A DNA stretch of 64,000 nucleotides from a virus. Lineage: Duplodnaviria; Heunggongvirae; Uroviricota; Caudoviricetes. The DNA is taken from the IMG/VR virus record IMGVR_UViG_3300033067_000504, positions 31,203-95,202 of that record, one strand, 5' to 3'. The notes beneath the pieces were generated by a model. That model did not search any database. It was given only the letters and a program-made list of their open reading frames with translations, and had not been told where the DNA came from. This document shows, in pieces, positions 1 to 12,700 of this stretch (the stretch's first letter is position 1; every line of letters starts with the position of its first letter). The position numbers were made by a program, and so were the translations under genes.

Positions 1-1
1 G

Positions 2-141
2 AAAATAAAGTATCTTGAGCAATCTGGATCACAAGAATTTGATGAGACAGAGTTTAAAGTGTGGAACACTCTTCAGCTTCTCAAGGGTAAAAAGAACGAC
101 CTTGAGAAGGCGAAAGCTATTGCCGCTTTGATTAATGCCTA
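2..141 (+). CDS. 3' end of an upstream plus-strand ORF (partial, ...KAIAALINA*)
   Basis: Open frame running in from the window edge to TAA at 139-141; no homology recognised. Confidence 0.3.
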
Positions 142-303
142 ATGGAAAATCAACAAGGCCTGGCTCTTATCTTTATTATTCTTGGTGTTATTCTAACTGA
201 GGCTATATTTCAGCCCAGATTAGAGTGGACAAGAAAAAAGCACCTCTTATTGTTTTTTAACGATAAGGGTGCTCCTAATAGAGTACACATTAGAATTTGG
301 TAA
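142..303 (+). CDS. small hydrophobic protein (53 aa, one predicted TM segment)
   Basis: ATG at 142 directly after the previous stop; hydrophobic core LALIFIILGVILTEAIF; followed by a strong terminator hairpin. Confidence 0.35.
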   Translation: MENQQGLALIFIILGVILTEAIFQPRLEWTRKKHLLLFFNDKGAPNRVHIRIW

Positions 304-306
304 TTA

Positions 307-344
307 ATAACCTACTTGCTTCGGCAGGTAGGTTATTTTTTTTA
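307..344. terminator. bidirectional rho-independent terminator (13-bp stem, TTCG loop, T8 run)
   Basis: AATAACCTACTTGC-TTCG-GCAGGTAGGTTATT followed by TTTTTTTT; it sits between convergent ORFs (plus ORF ends 303, minus ORF ends 342). Confidence 0.7.
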
Positions 345-725
345 CCAAGCACTATAAGGGTTGTAGTTAAATAGGATCAATAGAATAGAGAATACCATTA
401 GTAAAAACTTCCAGAAGAACCAAACATTTTCACCAAATGACTTCTTTTCCAGCTGGTCTATTTGAGCATTACCAAGATAAGTGAGTGGCTTCTTTCTTGC
501 CCAATTTAAACCATAATCAAACACAAACCAATAAATAGGTACATAGCTTATTACATTCCTAAGCCATAACCACACCTCTTGGTTGTAACCAATAATGGTT
601 CCTACCAAGGCTCTAATAGCCCAATTGAGGGGATGATCTGGTTTTACTTTCTTTTTCACGATCAGCCACCAATTGATAGCTATATCTATAGCAATTACGG
701 CACAAAGTAATAATAAAGTTTTCAT
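342..725 (-). CDS. membrane protein, 127 aa (N-terminal and C-terminal hydrophobic segments)
   Basis: ORF from the six-frame track; hydrophobic N-terminus LLLLCAVIAIDIAINWWLIV and C-terminal FFWKFLLMVFSILLILF; its stop overlaps the terminator. Confidence 0.5.
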   Translation of the reverse strand: MKTLLLLCAVIAIDIAINWWLIVKKKVKPDHPLNWAIRALVGTIIGYNQEVWLWLRNVISYVPIYWFVFDYGLNWARKKPLTYLGNAQIDQLEKKSFGENVWFFWKFLLMVFSILLILFNYNPYSAW

Positions 726-726
726 A

Positions 727-3700
727 TTATCTCCACCCTTTTGTTATTAATCTTACACTTGTATCTAATTCATCAAATTGGTCAAGTTGTCCAAGTGGGG
801 TTAAAGCTCTTGTCCTATACCACACTTCAGTCAGTCCTTTACCTTTTCCTTGTTCCATTACTTTTAACTCTTCCCCAGTTAATAATGCTCCTGCAGCATT
901 AACAGTAGAGTATAAAGCTTTATTCATAGCATCTATTGTGTTGATAGCTACTGAAGGAGATCTTAATACATCCCAAGCTGTAGAAGGAGATATGAATGTC
1001 ATCATCTCTCTTCTCATTCTGGCTAACATGTAAAGTGCATAGCTATCTTGGTCATCATCGTCAAAACCAGCAAACATAAGTACTGATAATCCAGCTATTA
1101 CGTAAAGCTCAAATATTGTCTTTCTTACATTAGCTTTACGCATATTGATAATCTGCTGTTTCTTCTCTTCAGGTAGTCCAAGTTCATTAGGAAGTAATAA
1201 TGACTCAGGGTCAGTTGCTTCCATCCATAACATTGTTTTAAGAGAATCCAGTGTCCCCTTAACAAAACCATTATCTGGGTGAAAGTAGTTATTAAACAGA
1301 ACTAAAGCTGATATATAATGACCTTCATTTTCCTGTTGTAATCTTTCATCAAAGTGTCTTAGTCTATATCTTGTAGCAATACCAGGAGCTAGCCAGTTTC
1401 TCATAAACATTATGAGAGATCCAGCTACTGTTTCTTTAATTGCAGAAGAGTCAAGCTTATTGTAAACACCATTCATGTTCTGATACAGACGTAATGCGTA
1501 GTCACGTACCTCATCTATATCTTTACCTTCTAGTGTAGATTTACTTTTGTACTTGTATCCCTTACTTAGACTAATCTTACCATCCATAGAAACTTCTATA
1601 GCATCATATAGTGATACTTCTTTACCTTCACTATTTGCAGCTTTAAATCTGTCAAATACAGCTCCTAAGGCTACAGAGGATAGATTGAATTCGGTGGATT
1701 CAGATAAACCTCTTGTTAAATGAGGAAGTACAGTTCTCATTTTAGTAGTATCAATACCAATATGATCTACTGGTCTTTGATTATCAGCCGGATTAAAGTA
1801 GGTATAAACTCTACCAAACTTAGTCTTCTTTTCTCTATTGCCAAGATCTAGTATTGCATCTTTAAGTACTTTACCATAAAACGCTTGTCCAGCTTTCCAG
1901 TTAGACATACTAATAAGATTACCACCAATAGCCTCTTTAGCCATTGTAAGATGTCCCATACCTAAGTTAGTCAAAGGTATAGCAAGGTTACCAAATAGTA
2001 TTCTAAGTCCTGTGAACTTCATAAATGAATCCACACTCTTACGTATATCTATATTCTGTCCAAATACTTTAGCTTGTCCAGCATCTTTCTTGAACTGTCC
2101 ATATATTAATCTCCTTATTCCAGTTTCAGCAGCTTTATAAGCATTAGATTCAGAACCTTTTATGGTCTGCATTAATCCTGACTCTGGGTCAGTTATGGCC
2201 TTTCTCTCTCTTGTTAGGAATCCAGTTAAGCCGTGACCTTCTACTCTATTACCTTCTTTAACAAGTTCTCTCTGTTCAAGAGCAGACTTTATCAATTCAG
2301 CATCAGCAACAATCTTTTCCAACTGTTTATAGGTATGCATCTCATTCATAAATATACCTACTGTTGTAGCTATATCTAATGATACCTCTCTAGTGCTTAA
2401 TCTACCATCCTTACCATCTTGTCTTGAGATAAATCTAATAGGAATGTAGTCTTGTGGTTTACCATTCTCATCAACAGCTCTAAAGTCAGTTTCATCGTAT
2501 CTTCTTCTAATTGTATCAATAGCTTCTTGCTTTAATACATCAAGCTTACCCAATCCCTTTTCAGCTAGTATACCTTCCATTAAGGATCTTTGAATAGTTG
2601 GTATTCTTAATCCAGGACGCATAGAAGGTAGGTGTATGGCTTCTTGTGACTTCAAGTAACCTAGCACAAAGTTCTCATAGAACTGTCTTAGGGGATAATC
2701 CTTACTACCCTCTTTTATAGCTAGTATCTCTTTGCCTCTAGGTGAAATAGGGCTGATAAAGGACACACCATTAGAGTTATTTTGTAAGGTTTCAGTATCA
2801 ATAATAGCTTTAAACTTATCTGCTATGGTATCTTTTTTACCTGTCCAAGCTTCAAAGTCCTGTAATGCTTTAAATAAACCTACAGCCTTATACTTAAATC
2901 CATCCTTACCAATCTTCTTATTCTTTTCGTTATAGTGCTTGTATTCTACTGTAACCTCTTTAGGCTCTTTAGTGTACAAGTCCTGGTTGGTTAATCTACT
3001 GCCTTCTGAGAAAGCGTGTTTAATTAACTTATCAAGTGTAGCAAGAGCCTCATCAGAACTATCAGCAAGAGGATCAAATAGTCTATTAGTCCAGGATATA
3101 TCTCTGTCCGCTACTTCTAGTCTATCCTTTATCTCAGCTATTTTCAAGTCTGGGTTATTGGACTTTTGTTTAATTACTGTGGCTACTCTATTAATAGTAA
3201 TGTTACGTATGTCCTCTTTTCTATCTTTAATAGTGTTAAACAATTCCTCAAATTGTTTTAGTAGTGCAGGAACAGCTTCTTTTACAGGAGCAAATGCTTC
3301 TGGGTTCTTTCTAAGTTCAAGACGTATCTGGTCAAGTACAGAGTAGGAATCAAGTTGTTCTTTTGCTGCAAGTAATACACCAGTGTTAACATTAGCAGGA
3401 TCTACTGCAGATAATCTCTCTACTGTCTTATTTAATGCATCTACTTCCTTACCAACAATAGCAAGGAACTTAACTATAAACTGGTTTCTCTTTACACCAG
3501 ATAATTGCTTAAGTACGTCTATATCCTTCTTTAACAGGTCAGCCTGTTCTTTTTGCCCAAACACTCTCAATCTTTCCTCCCTAGCTTTTAGTGAGGACAT
3601 AACTCTTTCTATTATATCAAGACGTTTTCTTTGCGAAGGAGTTTTCTTTTCATTTTCCATTAACAAGTCAAAATCAGAAGCACTTATTCTTTGTAACTGC

Positions 3701-6700
3701 TCTGTTTCATTGATAATAGAATACATTTCATCTAATGCCTGATCAAACTCTGAAGGTAAGCCTAACACTTTACGTACTAGTCTTAATAGTGTGGACCATA
3801 ATCCACCACTCTTTAGCCTATCTCTGAAGGCTGCATTAGAAGCTAATTCAGCTACAAACTCCTGTAAGTTATAGATTTGCTTGTTTTTAGGATCAAGCTT
3901 CTTAGCTTTCTCCCACAACCTCTCCATATTACGTTTGAAGTTTATTTCTCTCTCTGTTTGGGGATGAGCTATAACTCCAGATATAAATGCGTGGGTTAAT
4001 TCGTGAAGAATAACATAACGCTGTGCTGAATCTGATTTGATATTAGCCTCATTGTTAATTATGATCTTTGTATTTCCACTTTCAAACATTCTGTAAGTAC
4101 CTACTCTTCCATAACTCTTACCATCTACTATTCTTGGTTCAAGAGCTTCTGCAAATAGGTCACTATTTATCTTATCAGCATTATTGAGTAATACCGAAGC
4201 AAGTTGTTTACTCCTTACGTTAGTTTCTCTTTCCACTATTCTTTGCAGAGCTACCTCAGGTGTAGTCTTGTGTCCTGGAATATAGGTAGCTACATACTTA
4301 TTGGTACCAACACTACCACCATTTAGTGGCATGTCTATACTTTTACCTGTACCAAAAGGAGTAGGTTTACCACTATCTTTATTTCTATCCAGATAGGACT
4401 TATTATCACCATTAGGAGATACTTCAAAGAAATTACCAGCTTCTCCAAGCGGTTGTACTTCTTTATATAGTGTTTCCTGTCTTGAAGGTTTACTTGGTGA
4501 AGCTTCATACAATCTGTATCTTCTGGAATCATAATCCCATAGTTTTACAAATTGAGGCATAGTTTCTGTACTGTTCCTACCATTAAAGGTACGATCATCA
4601 TCACTAACCACAAAGCTGTCCAACTGTTGTCCAGTAGTAAATGTCTTTTTTACATTCTTTAAATTAGTCTTTGTATCTCCATCTTTACTTTCGTAATAGA
4701 ATACTTCTGGTATATCAAGATCTGCAAAGTTATGTCTAATGAAGGAACGAACTACACCTAAGCTATTTAGTTGTGTAGCACTCTGTCCTGATTCATCAGT
4801 GGTGTACATTCCTTCTAATACTACTCTGTGATTCTCAGCTATACCATTTTGTACCCAGAACTGTACTGGTACTAAGTCTATAAAGGATTTAGTATTGTAA
4901 CCAAATCCAGAAGTATAGATAGCAAACCTGATTAAGTCACCAGCAAGTATTCTTACAGCCTCATTTGGTGAGGTCATCATATCCCACCAGCCTTGTATCA
5001 TTTGTGTTTTATCCAAGTTAGAGTTAGTGTTAACTACTCCAATCATTGGTATTCCATCTCTTCTATTAGTAGGGATAGACTCTATACCTTTTATTAAAGC
5101 ATTGTCTTTTAATCCTGGGTATTTCTCTACTACAGATTGTAAGTGTCTCCAGATAGTCTTCTCATTGTCAAAGAATGACCACCTGCTGGTGTAGTTGGGG
5201 CTTACCTTATCCAAGGTAGGACGTAATAGGTTCTTTCCTTCTAATACGTAGAAGTCAGTAAACTGATTAAGTTTTATTAGTGTATCCTTATCTGTAAGGT
5301 TAGCTATACCTGCAGCATTAGCATAGGTATTCTTTATATCTCTGTAAGAATTAGAGAAATAAGGATAGAACTGTGATGTAAGACTTATAGCATCATTAAG
5401 TGAATATTTGTAGAACGCAGCTAATCTCTTTGCCTGAGGAGGAGCTGTGGCCAAATCAAATACTCTTTTGCTTATTGATACAGGACTATCCTGATTAGTT
5501 ACTTTAGCTACCTTAGCACTGAATGATTCAATAGCTTCTATACCAGTCATATCCTGGAATGTATCTATTGAAAGTACAGTGTTTAGATCACTCACCAGTT
5601 GTGCATGATTTAAGTAGTTAGTAAAGTCATCAAAGATCTTAGCTTGATTAACTACGTTTTGACTTATTGGAATAGTTAACCCTTCTTTTATCTCTGGTAT
5701 AGTGATGTACTTACCTTTCTTTTCTTCACCAGTTCTAAAATCATCAACTGCAGCTTTTATTTGAGGATACTCTTCCAGTAATTTAGCCGTGGCTGTGTAT
5801 ATGTTTGTACCACCACTAATACCATACATTCTTAACCACTCTCTAATAATAGGCTGGTTTAAGAAGTCCATAGTAAGTGATAAACTCATACCAACATCTA
5901 CCATGTAACCAGCTAGTGGTAACAATACAGGTGGTACATTAAGTTTAGCAAGTAATGGATCTTTAGCTCCATCCAATTCAGCATGTTGCAGCTGAGCATG
6001 GTTATTAGAGATTAAATTACCTTCATTATCTAATACTCCACCCACCTTATTAAACTTGTAGTTGGAGGTATTTATTCTAATACCAGGAACAGTAATGAAG
6101 TCTTTTAATGCTTGCATCATAGCGTGTCCAGTATTGAATCTGGAGGCTATACCAATACCAGACTTAGCCTGCTTATTCTGACGTTCCATACGAACATCAG
6201 TAACAGTAGACAATACGTATCCTTTATTAGTAGTATTAACAATATTACCAGAACCAAGAGGATCAGGTAGTTTGGAATATTCTTCCACCTTCTCTTCTAA
6301 TGTAGGAGCTGCTAATGGTGTTAGTAACTCCTCGGCGTGAGCTTTATTTGTAAGAATGCTCCAAGCTAGATCGAATAGTTTGGTATCAATACTCTCTTTA
6401 TCTATCTTACCTTCTTTGTCTAATACTCTTTTGATCAAGCTGGATTTATCAACATCAAAGTCAAAACCCATTTGAGTAGTACCTTCACCAGGAACCATAA
6501 CTACTGAACCCATTGCTTTAGGTAGTATCATAGCTACTCTAACAGGCATCATAGAAGACTTATTAGATGTAGGTATACGTACCATAATCATCTGTAAAGC
6601 TTCTTTCTGTTGTTGATTTAGCTTTTCCCACTTGATCTTATTTGTAATAGGATCAACATCCTCTATCCAGTTAAGTTTTATCTGACTAAAGAACTCTATG

Positions 6701-9700
6701 GGCATTCCTATTTCAGCTTCCTCTATTTCACCCTTATTGTTTCTAATAAAGCTTAAGTTAGAGTTCTGTTCTTTATTACTAATACCAAAGTCAGCAAGGT
6801 TAATCATGCTATAACCAGGCTCCTTCTGCTTAAGAATATTCTTCTTAAACAGGTTAGTAAGTACTGATAGGAACTTACGTCCAAGCATAGGGAAACCCAG
6901 CTGTAATGTAAATTCAGGTCTATCTATATTTCTAAGTATCAGCTGTAATGAGTCGTGATAGTTATCATTAAGATCTCTTGACATCAACTCACTTTGTAGT
7001 AATGTCTTTAATTTAAACAGTTGATCCTTACGCTTAGCTTTATCTTCACTTAATTTCCAAGTACTATCAAGTCCAAGCTTGTTCTGTAGTTCTTTAGAGC
7101 TTGTGGCTGTTCTCTCTGCCCACAACTCATTTAACTGCTCCATAACCTGTTCTCCAGTAAGTTCCTTATTACCTACTGAGTATTTGGTCTTAGGATCTAT
7201 ATTACCTGGTAATAGCTTCCAGAACTGAGTAAGCATTGTTACTTCAGTCTTAACTTTATCAGGTATAATCTGTGGGAATCTAATATCGTTAATAGATACT
7301 TCTCTACTTTGAATACTTGTAGGAGGTACACTAAAGTCAGTTATAACACCATAAGCACCTACTTTAACAGCATCATCAGAGGATATAATATCTATATTGT
7401 GCTGGGTCATGTAGGTTAACAAGCTACCATAGCCACCTTCTTGATTATTGTGTTTCTTAGCAAAGTCGGGAATTAGTGGGCTAATAGAGTCCTTAAATTG
7501 TTCTTTAAGTATCATTTTACCTGTAGGAGTATCAAGTACTCTATCACTAATTTGGAAAGGTTTAAATGGTTGTAGTACTACCTTAGCAGCTAAACCTCTC
7601 ATCTCTTTAGCTTGTTCTGGGTTGTAACCATTAGCTTTTATAGCTTCTGATATAGTTAAGTTCTTACCCCAAGCAAAATCATAAACTCTTTGGTGATCTT
7701 TAGTCCAAGCACCAAATCTCTCCATTATATTCTTCCAAGCGTGTACTGTACACAGTGATTGTGCATCAGTCTTATTTACCTTCTTATATTTAAGAGCTTG
7801 TTTAACTGCAGATTTGCCAGTCTCTTTTAAGCTCTTTACAGAAGGGTCAATAAGTTGTGCTAATGAAAGTAAATACTCATCACTATTTGTTTTAATTATT
7901 CTTTGGAAGATAGCCCTAATTAGTTTAAGAGGTTTCTCAGGATTATCCCAAGCCTTTAAACCAGGAGTAACTATCTGGTATCCTCTCTTGTAATAAGCAT
8001 CATCATCTTTATATAATGCCATGTCACCATGAAATACCTTGGACATCTCTGTTCTCCAAGCTATATCATTATAGAAGAATTCCTGTAATAATGTATTTAT
8101 TTCTTTACCCTGTAGTATTGCTGGTGATATTTCTACATTCTCAAGTTTACCTTCCTTATTTCTTTTAATAACTCCTTCATTAATTAAATCAGATACAAAT
8201 TGTGCATAATTAGTATCAATGAATTTAGTTATTACCTGATCTATTTCTTTATTAATTCTATCCAGATCTGCTGGTTTAACTTCCCCGTCAGATACAGAAT
8301 CAGTAATACCTTGTATATTATTAAGCTCAGGTAAGTACACAAACTTCTGTCCTCTGTCCTGATAAGTACTTAGATCTACAGGTAACCCAGCCTTTATCCT
8401 TTTTATTCTGGAAATCTCATTATCAACTGTATTCCTCATTACCTTCCTTAGGAATGATTCTGCATTTTTGCCAACATGTTTAGGTAGTGTCAAAAATACT
8501 TGTTTACTCTTGTCAGACAATGTACCCACAGAAACAAAGCCTTCATTAGCTCCACCATTGTGAAAACCAATAAGTCTCATTAGGTAGCTATCTGTAGTAG
8601 TTCTATCTCCAAACTCCTTAGCTTTACCCTCATCCTTACGCATTGCTGATGGTAAGTAGAAGTTAACTCTAGAGGCTGTCTTGTCATGCTTCCATAGATC
8701 TATAAAAGCATTACCCTGATAGAATTTATCTTGTAAATAAAATGCTGCTTTTTCAGCACCATTATTATGTAGGTCATTTATAAACTCTGCTATATAACTA
8801 GGAGTGTTAATAGAGTTAACTTGATTACCAGCTTCATTTAAAAATACATCAGCTCTTACATCATCAATGTAGGATTTCTCTACTGCAGCTAATCTGTTAA
8901 GTACAGATAGCTTAGACAAATTTTCAAATGGATCTTTCTCTCCTTTAACAGCTTCTTGTAAGAAGTCCAATAAGCTAGAACTCTTTTCAAGGAATAGCAT
9001 ATCCCTGATTGTCTTAGGTGCACCTCTTTTGTTGGACATTTCTATCCAGGTTTGAGGAGCAAGCTCTATTCCAATTTCTTTTAACACACCCTTAAACTGT
9101 TTTTCTACATCAGCATAAGGAGTAGTAGATGTAATTAAACTTTTAGCTTCAAGTAACTTCTTAAGTAAGTGCTCAGCCTTTGTAGTTACTACAGTACCAT
9201 CACTCTTAATAAAGTTTCTCTTTACTGCCCCTTCTCTCCACTTATTTACAATTGTTCTTTGTAAGTCAGCTCTATCTGCAGCTATAACTTTAGCTATAGG
9301 TGTACCTTGTTTATCCCTACCATACAAGAATGTAACATAAGGATGTCTTACTAGGTTTAGCTTGGTATTGAATTCAGCAAGTAGTCTTTGATTACCACTA
9401 GCTACCTCTTTAGACAAAGCATCATAAATAGCTTTACTAATAGGGTCTAATTTGCTTAATTCTTCCAATCTGGTCAACGGAGTACCATGATCAGCTATTT
9501 TACCAGTAAGGTTTCTGAATGCCTTTCTAAAGTCAATAATCTGTGGTGATCCAAGTACTGTAGTTTTTACTCTTTGTGTTCCATCCTCGTTATAAACTAT
9601 CTCTCCTTTATCACTAATTACTGGTTCAGGTATAGTACTCAGGAATGACTTGATTCTTTGTGTTAAAGACTTAGCTGGTGAAACAAGGGTATGGTCAAGA

Positions 9701-12700
9701 TCATAAATTCTTTCTCCTTCATCTTGAGCTTTTAATTCTTGTATTTCATCTGTAGAGCTGTCCTCACCATCCTCAGGTACACTATATTCAGTACCGTCTT
9801 TTAGTTTAACAGTGAATCCCCATTTAGCAAAGTTCTTAAGTACTTCCGTTTTAAAACCAGTTTCTACCTGTAAATCAGTACCAATATCTTCCCACTGTCC
9901 TATTAACTCCTTTTCATCTTCTTCAACTTTTGAAGGATCAATAATACCCATTGAGATGTATATCTGTCTACGATATTCATCCTCGTCTACTCTATCATCC
10001 TCAGGTATAGCTACTATCCTATCGTAATCCTTTAGGAACTTGTTCTTTACTTCAGCAAATAGTTTATCTATTACTCCTTGTTGGGTAAATAGATCTTCAA
10101 ATTCAAGGTTTGCCTTTACAGCCCATTCTCTGGCAATATTCACTACCTCTTGAGTAGTTGCTGCTATAATTTCGTTCTGTTGTTTTGAATTAACCTGCCC
10201 AGGTAATAACCTGAAACTAGGGTCTTGGTCCTTTATACTAGCAGCAATATTAGCTTTCTGTTCTGCAGTTAGCCTTGTTGTTGCTATTTCTTTAAACAAT
10301 CTTTCTATTGGACTTCTTAATCCAAGCAAGTTCTGTATAGCCTGCCATAGTCTGGCAAAAAAGTTCTTTACTTCAAGTTTCTTAGGTTTTACTTTGCCAC
10401 CACTTAACATGTAAGCTCTGAAGTCTTCAGCAAGCTGCTCTTCAGTACCATACTTAAGTACTCCTTGTTGTTGTCTTGGAGATAATAAGTTATCAAACAC
10501 AAAGTGGAATGCTTCGTGGTAAGCTGTACCAGTCTCAGCGTAATCAGCTATAGTAACTAAGGCATTATGATATACACCAAAAGCCTCTATTCCACCATTA
10601 GCTATAATACGATCTACACCTTTTGCTATAGATAAGAACTCTTCTCCAATAGTATCTTTAAACCACTGAAGTTCTCTTGGGGTAATTACTTTGAAGGCAT
10701 GTTTACCAAATTCTGTTAAATCATAAGTGGAATAATCCTCTTTATCTTTAGCTCTGCCTATATCAAGTTTAGTTTTAAATATATCATTGTGGCTAGAGAT
10801 AAGTAATGGTCTTGTTTTGCCACTATAATTATATTGATAGGATACTAGATCTCTTTCTTTTGGGTCTATAAAGATGTCTACTAGAATACCTCTTTCCCCT
10901 GTAAAGCTTTCTTTACTATCATTGAATTGATAAGTACCAACTATTGATGGTAGGGGTGAGGAAGTATCCTCTACTAAATTGTAGGATAGTATTCTACCTT
11001 TAGAAGATTTACGTATATCTGCTACCTTAGTTCCAGGAGCTGGTACTATAAAAGTTAAGGTCTTGTACCCATTTGAATCAAAGTCATAAACTTTAATAGC
11101 ATTAGGGTAAGTTTCTGACATTAACTTACTTGCATCAGTACTTGATAGTTGATTTGTAATAAAGTCCAGATCATGAACTCCATACTGAGCATCTCTATAA
11201 ATACTTCCTTGCACAGATAGTGCTAAACTACCAGTTAAAGCTATTCTATTATTTGAAAGCTTTTCTATTACATCTGCGGCTAATGGGTTACTATCCAGAA
11301 TTTGGTTAAAATTAACAAGCTTTTTGCCAAGGCTTACTTCTCTAGTTTTACCATATAGGTCACTTAAAGATCTTTTACCTTTAGTCTTCTTTTGATCAGT
11401 TGGTTTAGAAACCTCAGGAACATTCTTTATTACAAGCTCATTAGGTGCTACCTCGTCAACAACTATTTGACTAGGATTAGGATCTAATGATACTGTAGCG
11501 TTGTGTATGGAGAATCCAGACTCATTACCTACACCTTGGTTTTTAGCTCCAAGTAATTTAGTTTGTAAGCTATTAGTAGCTGTAGCATACTCAAAGTAGC
11601 TATTATATGTAGTACCAGTTACAGGATCAGTGTAAGGTAGTTCTGAGTTGATATTAGTCTTCTTTACGTTCTTAAAAGAATGATCAAGAATAGTATCTAT
11701 TGCAGAATATAATACTGTGGTTGTCTCTGGGGTTACATTATATCTGTCTTTAGGGTTTGTATCTTTAAATGGTACCCCTGTCTTGCTAAGTAAATTTAAA
11801 CCAGCTACTGGACGTTTATTCATTAAATCGTCGAGTTGCTTTATAGTTAGTCTAGCCCAACCATACTTATAAGGCATTAATACTTCATCAAGTTCTTTAC
11901 CTTTAAAATCAATAAAGTAAAACTTGTCTCTTTTCAACTTTTGTATTTCACCTTTTTTAAGTACTCCTACCCCTTTATTTGGAATGTTAAGTACTTCTCT
12001 AAGAGTTTCTATCTGTCCATTGGAAAGTAATTTTACTATATTACTTTTAACCCAACCTTTCTCATTAGCATCAAGTTGTCTATTATCTAGTGGTATTACC
12101 TTTAGATCTCCTTTGGAATTGGTACGTAATACTACTGTTTGTCCTGGTTGTGGTTCTTTAGCAAATAATGATGTATCAAGAGTTTTTAATCTCTCAAATT
12201 CATTCTTACTCATACCCTTCATAGATTCTACATTAGGTAGTTTTAAACCACCTACATAGATACCAAGGATAGGGTTATGTTCTAGTTTACCTAGTTTCCA
12301 GTTATTATTCTCATCTTGGTAATAGTCAAACTGTAATACCTCAAGTGAGTTACTTACATCTGATTTTCTTACATCACCAAAGCTTTTATCACTAATGGTA
12401 GTTTCAAGCTTACCTGCAGCTATAACTTTCTTTCTTAGTTGCTCTACAAGTTTAGCATTACCTTTCTTGTTGTCCTCAAGATGTTTATTATCAGCTGATG
12501 GTAATTGAAATACAGGTTTACTATGACCTTCTACATAAGCATTAATTACAAAGTTATCCTGACTTGTGGGTTTAAACCCTGGAGTTATAGTAAAGGGGAA
12601 ATCGTTTTCAACCTTTAAAGTAACCTTCATTCCAGGTTGAATCATTGGAGTGTTAATTAACAGGTTACCATGTTTATCACTTGCAAATACTTCTGTAGGA